A DNA stretch of 64,000 bases, taken from assembly GCA_963695225.1 (NCBI GenBank), contig OY968762.1, positions 2,752,001-2,816,000 of the forward strand, read 5' to 3'. Both the position numbers and the translations under genes were made by a program. Positions within the stretch are counted from its first letter, which is position 1. Each line of letters begins with the position of its first letter. Origin of the DNA: Vulcanimicrobiota bacterium. Its GTDB lineage: Bacteria > Vulcanimicrobiota > Vulcanimicrobiia > Vulcanimicrobiales > Vulcanimicrobiaceae. This document shows positions 57,991 to 64,000 of this stretch, piece by piece. The notes beneath the pieces were generated by a model, which was not told where the DNA came from, did no database searches, and saw nothing but the letters and a program-made list of their open reading frames with translations.

Positions 57991-58480
57991 AGCGCCCGTC
58001 AAGCCGAAGGGCGGCGACGCCGCCGAGAAGCCGCGCGCGCCCGAACCCTCCGTCGATAACCGCCGGGCCCGCTTCGAGTTCGAATTCCTCGAGCGCATCG
58101 AAGCCGGGCTCGCACTGACGGGGACGGAGATCAAGAGCATCCGGGCCGGGCAGATCAGCTTGAACGAAGCGTACGCTCGCGTGCGGGACGGGGAGCTCTG
58201 GCTGCTCGGCATGCACGTCCCGCCGTACAAAGAGGGGAGCTTTTCCAACCACGAGCCGCGCCGCCCGCGCAAGCTCTTGCTGCACCGCATCGAGATCGAC
58301 CGGCTCGCGGGGCGGATGGCGGAGAAGGGCCTCACGCTGATCCCGACGCGCCTGTATTTCAAGCGCGGGAAGGTGAAGATCGATCTCGCGCTCGCCCGCG
58401 GCAAGAAGCTCTGGGACAAACGCCGCGACATCAAGGAGCGCGAGACCAAGCGCGAGCTCTCCCGCCTCGTTCGCCGATGA
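57980..58480 (+). CDS. smpB: SsrA-binding protein
   Basis: NRRARFEF, EAGLALTGTEIKSIR, RKLLLH, GKKLWDKR. Confidence 0.97.
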   Translation: MAGKAPVKPKGGDAAEKPRAPEPSVDNRRARFEFEFLERIEAGLALTGTEIKSIRAGQISLNEAYARVRDGELWLLGMHVPPYKEGSFSNHEPRRPRKLLLHRIEIDRLAGRMAEKGLTLIPTRLYFKRGKVKIDLALARGKKLWDKRRDIKERETKRELSRLVRR

Positions 58481-59370
58481 GGGGCTCGCGGCCGCACCGG
58501 CGGCTGGAAGAGATCGTGGCGCGCGAAATCGCGCCGGCCGAAGGCGAGACGATCCTCGCGGCGGTCTCCGGCGGCCCGGACAGCGTCGCGCTCGCGGCGC
58601 TGCTGCGCACGGTCTGCTCGCGCGCAGGCGCATCCCTGGTGCTGGGGCACGTCAACCACGGCACGCGGCCGGGAGCCTGGCAGGATGAAGCGGTCGTCCT
58701 CGCGCTCGGCGCCGCGCTCGAGCTCCCCGTTCGCTGCGCGAGCCTCGCCCCGGACGCGAAGGCAGGGGAGGCGGAGCTGCGCGAGGGCCGCTACCGCGCG
58801 CTCGAAGCGCTCGCGCTCGGCGCCGGCGCGGCCCGGATCGCGACCGCGCACCACGCGCAGGATCAGACGGAGACCGTCCTCCTCGCGCTGTTCCGCGGAA
58901 CGGGGCCCGCCGGGCTCGCCGGGATGCGTCCGGCGCGGCCGCTCGGTGCGGGGCTTTCGCTCGTGCGCCCCCTGCTCGAGGTCGAGCGCGCCTCGCTTTC
59001 CGCGCTCTGCGCGGCGGAGCACCTGCCGTACGTCCTCGACCCCACGAATGCGGACCGGCGCTACGCGCGAAACGCGCTGCGCAGCGCCCTCGCCGAGCTG
59101 CGCCCGCGCTTCCCGCACTTGGATGCCGCGGTCGCCCGCTGCGCCCGCATCCTGCGCGACGAGCTCGAAGGGACGGGGAGAGCGGCGTTGCGCGCGCGGC
59201 TCCGCGAAGAGCTCGCGGCGGGCCCCGGCCTGCGCGACGTGCCGTTCGAGCGCCTCGAAGCCGCCGCGCTGGCGCTCGAGCGGGGGCGAGCGGGGCGCCA
59301 TTTCATCAAGCGCGGCGTCGTCATCGATTTGGCGGCACGGGGACGGACGGAGTCGAAAACGAAAGCATGA
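58477..59370 (+). CDS. tilS: tRNA(Ile)-lysidine synthetase (short form)
   Basis: AVSGGPDS, HVNHG, TAHHAQDQTET, RPLL, DPTN, RNALR. Confidence 0.93.
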   Translation: MRGSRPHRRLEEIVAREIAPAEGETILAAVSGGPDSVALAALLRTVCSRAGASLVLGHVNHGTRPGAWQDEAVVLALGAALELPVRCASLAPDAKAGEAELREGRYRALEALALGAGAARIATAHHAQDQTETVLLALFRGTGPAGLAGMRPARPLGAGLSLVRPLLEVERASLSALCAAEHLPYVLDPTNADRRYARNALRSALAELRPRFPHLDAAVARCARILRDELEGTGRAALRARLREELAAGPGLRDVPFERLEAAALALERGRAGRHFIKRGVVIDLAARGRTESKTKA

Positions 59371-59936
59371 GCCCTTCACTCGTCACCCCGCCCGCCGTCG
59401 AGGCGATCGTCTTTTCGGAGGAAGAACTCGCGGCGACGGTGCGCCGGCTCGCGAACGAAATCGTCCGCGACAAGCCGGGGGCATCCATCCATCTGATCGG
59501 CGTGTTGAAGGGGGCATTGTTCTTTACTGCGGACCTGGCTCGAGCCTTATCGCCCCTGATCGACGTGCGCATCGACACGATCGCGGTTTCCAGCTACGGA
59601 AATTCGCATCGCTCGAGCGGCGAAGTGCGTTTACTTAAAGACACTACGGAAAGTGTCGAAGGCAAGGATGTGGTCATCGTGGAGGACATCGTCGACAACG
59701 GTCTGACCCTGGACTACCTCCTCGGCTTGCTCCGGAGCCGGAAACCGGCGAGCCTGCGGACCTGCGTGTTGCTAAACAAGCCGTTCCGTCGTCAAATCAC
59801 CGTGCCGCTCGACTACGTAGGCCTAACATGTCCGGACACGTTTGTCGTAGGGTACGGTTTGGACTACCAAGAAAAATACCGGAATCTTCCGTACGTCGCG
59901 AAGCTCGCCCCGGGCGCCTTCGAGGCTGCGGGATAG
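59367..59936 (+). CDS. hpt: Hypoxanthine phosphoribosyltransferase
   Basis: [39 protein letters not shown]. Confidence 0.96.
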   Translation: MSPSLVTPPAVEAIVFSEEELAATVRRLANEIVRDKPGASIHLIGVLKGALFFTADLARALSPLIDVRIDTIAVSSYGNSHRSSGEVRLLKDTTESVEGKDVVIVEDIVDNGLTLDYLLGLLRSRKPASLRTCVLLNKPFRRQITVPLDYVGLTCPDTFVVGYGLDYQEKYRNLPYVAKLAPGAFEAAG

Positions 59937-59949
59937 GGGAAAGCACCAC

Positions 59950-61868
<1,919 letters not shown>

Positions 61869-61869
<1 letters not shown>

Positions 61870-63266
61870 TGCGAGAGTTCGGCCGCGTCGCCGCGACGGC
61901 GAGCGCGGCCGCGCTCGCCCTCTCCGTTACCCTCGCTGCTCCGTCCCCGGCCGCTGCGGCCGCCGCGACCGGCGGCGCCGCCGCGGCGCCTCCCACGTCG
62001 GCGGCCGTCGCCGCTGCCGCCGGCCCGCAGATCATCGTCCGCACGGTAGCGGGTGCCCCCGTCGCGGCGCTCGAGCTCTGGTTTCGGGCGCCCTCCGCGG
62101 GCTTTGAAGAGCAGCTTTCGCCGGGCGTCGCCCGGCTCGCGGCCCAAGTCGTGTCGGCCTCGAAGCCGGTCGTCGGCGATTCTCTCGACCGCATCGTAGG
62201 CGACGTCGGCGGGCGCTTGACGATCTCGGCATTCAGCGACGCCGTCGCGGTCACCGCGATCGTCCCGGCGAGCGGAGCCCGCAAGGTCCTCGGCGCGATG
62301 ACCCGCGCCTATTTCGCCCCCGTCCTCAGCGAGAGCGGCTACCGCGACGCCGCGCGCGCCGTGGCGATCGAGGCCGCGATCGAATCGTACAACCCCGAAG
62401 TCGTCGGGCGCGACGCCGTCTTCGCGGCGCTCTTCACGAGCGGGCCGGCGCTGTACCCGCCGGGCGGCGATCCCCGGGATATCGCCCAGATCCCGTTCGA
62501 TGCGGTCCGGACGTTTGCGAAACGGGCTTTCCGGGCCCAAAACGCGCTCGTGGTCGCGACGGGGAGCGTCACGCCGGATCTCGCGAGCGCGGTCGTCGCC
62601 GGACGGCCTGCGACGGACGCCGCCCTGGCGGCGATCGAGCCGCCCGTCCCCTCGGTGCTCGCCGCCCAACCCGGGACCTCGACGCGCAAGCTCGACGATA
62701 CCGGCGGCGCCCTCGGGTGGGTCGGCCCCCCGATCTTGGACGAACGGTCGGCGACGGCGCTCGACTTCATCGCAGATTACCTGTTCCGGCCCGGCAGCGG
62801 GCTCGTCGCCGCGGCGCTCGAGGAGCGCGAGCCCACGGCCGCCGTCACCGGCCAATTCATCACACGTCGCGACCCCGGCATCTTCTTGGTCACGTACACG
62901 AGCAAGGACAGCCCGGCGCTGCGCGCGACAATCGAACGGGCGCTCGCGGACATGCAGAAGCCGCTCGACGCGGCGACGTTCGCGCGCGTGCTCGACGCGT
63001 TCTCGGCGCGCATCGCCACCGACGTTCAGACGCCGGTCGAAGTGAGCGACAACCTCGGCTGGTATACGGTCGAGGGAAATGCGAAATACGCGCCCATTCC
63101 GGGCCTGGCGCCCTCCGCCGGGTATTTCGCGGTCGCGGCCTCGCTGACGCCCGCGTTCGTCGCCGAGACGGCGCGCAAGTATCTCGGGCGGCCATACGCC
63201 GGCGTGACGTTCGCGCCGGAACAGAAACCGGCGCCGAAGGCGACGAAGACGACGAGAGCTTCATGA
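61869..63266 (+). CDS. Exported M16 (insulinase-like) fold protein lacking HXXEH
   Basis: Signal peptide; PVAALELWFRA..PGVARLAAQV at the position of GxAHxxEH; ALVVATG, ALDFIADYL, PGIFLV, ARKYL. Confidence 0.7.
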
Positions 63267-64000
63267 GACTCCGGACGATCGCGGCGCTCGCCTGCGCCTT
63301 CACCCTGCTCGCCCCGGGCGCGAGCCTCGCCGCCGGCGAGCGCTTCTCGCCCGCCTCGGTCCGCGATTTCGGCGGCGTCCGCGGGATCGGCGAAACGCTC
63401 GACACGCCCTCCGGCGTCGTCCAGCTCGCGGTAGCAGCGGGCGTCGCGCGGCAAACGAACTCCGAAGGCGGCCTCGCCTCGCTCCTCTCCGAGTGCGTGA
63501 GCCGAACGCCGATCCCGTTCCAGGGCGCGACGCTCCCGCTACGCGAGGCGATCGCGCAACGCGGCGGGATCCTGACCTGGGCCGTCGACGCGACGGTAAC
63601 GCGATACTCGATAGAGGCGCAAGCCGACCGCCTCCCGGAACTGGTCGGCCTGCTCGGCCGGGCGCTCGCGGCGCCCGACATTTCGCCCGCCACGGTCGCC
63701 GCCGCGCGGGCCGCCCAGGGCGCGCGTTTCAAATCGGTCGAGGACAATCCGGTCCTCGTCGGGATCGAGCTCTTCCGGCAGCAGTACGCGCCCGCGACCG
63801 GCGGCGCGACGATCGGTTCGCCGAGCTCGCTCGCCGGGCTCGGTCCGTCCGCCCTGCGGACGTTCTACGCTGCGACCTACCGGCACGACGGCGCGCGCGT
63901 CAGCGCGGTCGGACCGATGTCCGCCGAGCTTTCCGCGGCGCTCGCACAGGCGGTCGCCGGGCTTCCGGCCGGTTCCGTCGCTCCCTTGCACCTGAAGGCG
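63263..64000 (+). CDS. Second exported M16-fold protein, 3' end outside the window
   Basis: ATGA overlap; MRLRTIAALACAF signal; VQLAVAAG..GGLASLLSEC; LRTFYAATY..VSAVG. No stop in the window, so absent from the ORF track. Confidence 0.65.
   Translation, partial: MRLRTIAALACAFTLLAPGASLAAGERFSPASVRDFGGVRGIGETLDTPSGVVQLAVAAGVARQTNSEGGLASLLSECVSRTPIPFQGATLPLREAIAQRGGILTWAVDATVTRYSIEAQADRLPELVGLLGRALAAPDISPATVAAARAAQGARFKSVEDNPVLVGIELFRQQYAPATGGATIGSPSSLAGLGPSALRTFYAATYRHDGARVSAVGPMSAELSAALAQAVAGLPAGSVAPLHLKA

Overview
High-GC bacterial chromosome segment from a diderm (TonB receptor, large outer-membrane barrel). The gene content is reminiscent of Vulcanimicrobiota/Eremiobacterota, but that is an impression only. 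(1) 1-10994: five tightly coupled genes encoding four secreted Ig-like DUF11-repeat proteins and a ~1100-aa outer-membrane beta-barrel. Three subunits end in a DUF11 domain lacking its last two strands, and a fourth begins with what look like those strands. This suggests an uncharacterised donor-strand, possibly isopeptide-linked, fibre with its own export barrel (top finding). (2) 11-35.9 kb: metabolic genes, including RidA, AKR, a PLP decarboxylase, a divergent GlnA-like enzyme with a PucR regulator, an M-box riboswitch controlling a membrane-less MgtE plus NRAMP-like transporter, glpX-fba, aceEF and a sedolisin. (3) ~35.9-43.8 kb: accessory region around tRNA-Ser(TGA) with intact Phd/VapC, frameshifted DUF4160 plus DUF2442, a HicB-like remnant and a densely structured non-coding tract. 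(4) 43.8-64 kb: phosphoesterase-TonB receptor-YceI operon, thiM, serS, moeA, an EAL protein, smpB-tilS-hpt-ftsH and two M16 pseudo-peptidases. No CRISPR array, rRNA, integrase or transposase was seen. All family calls are by motif recognition; no searches were run.
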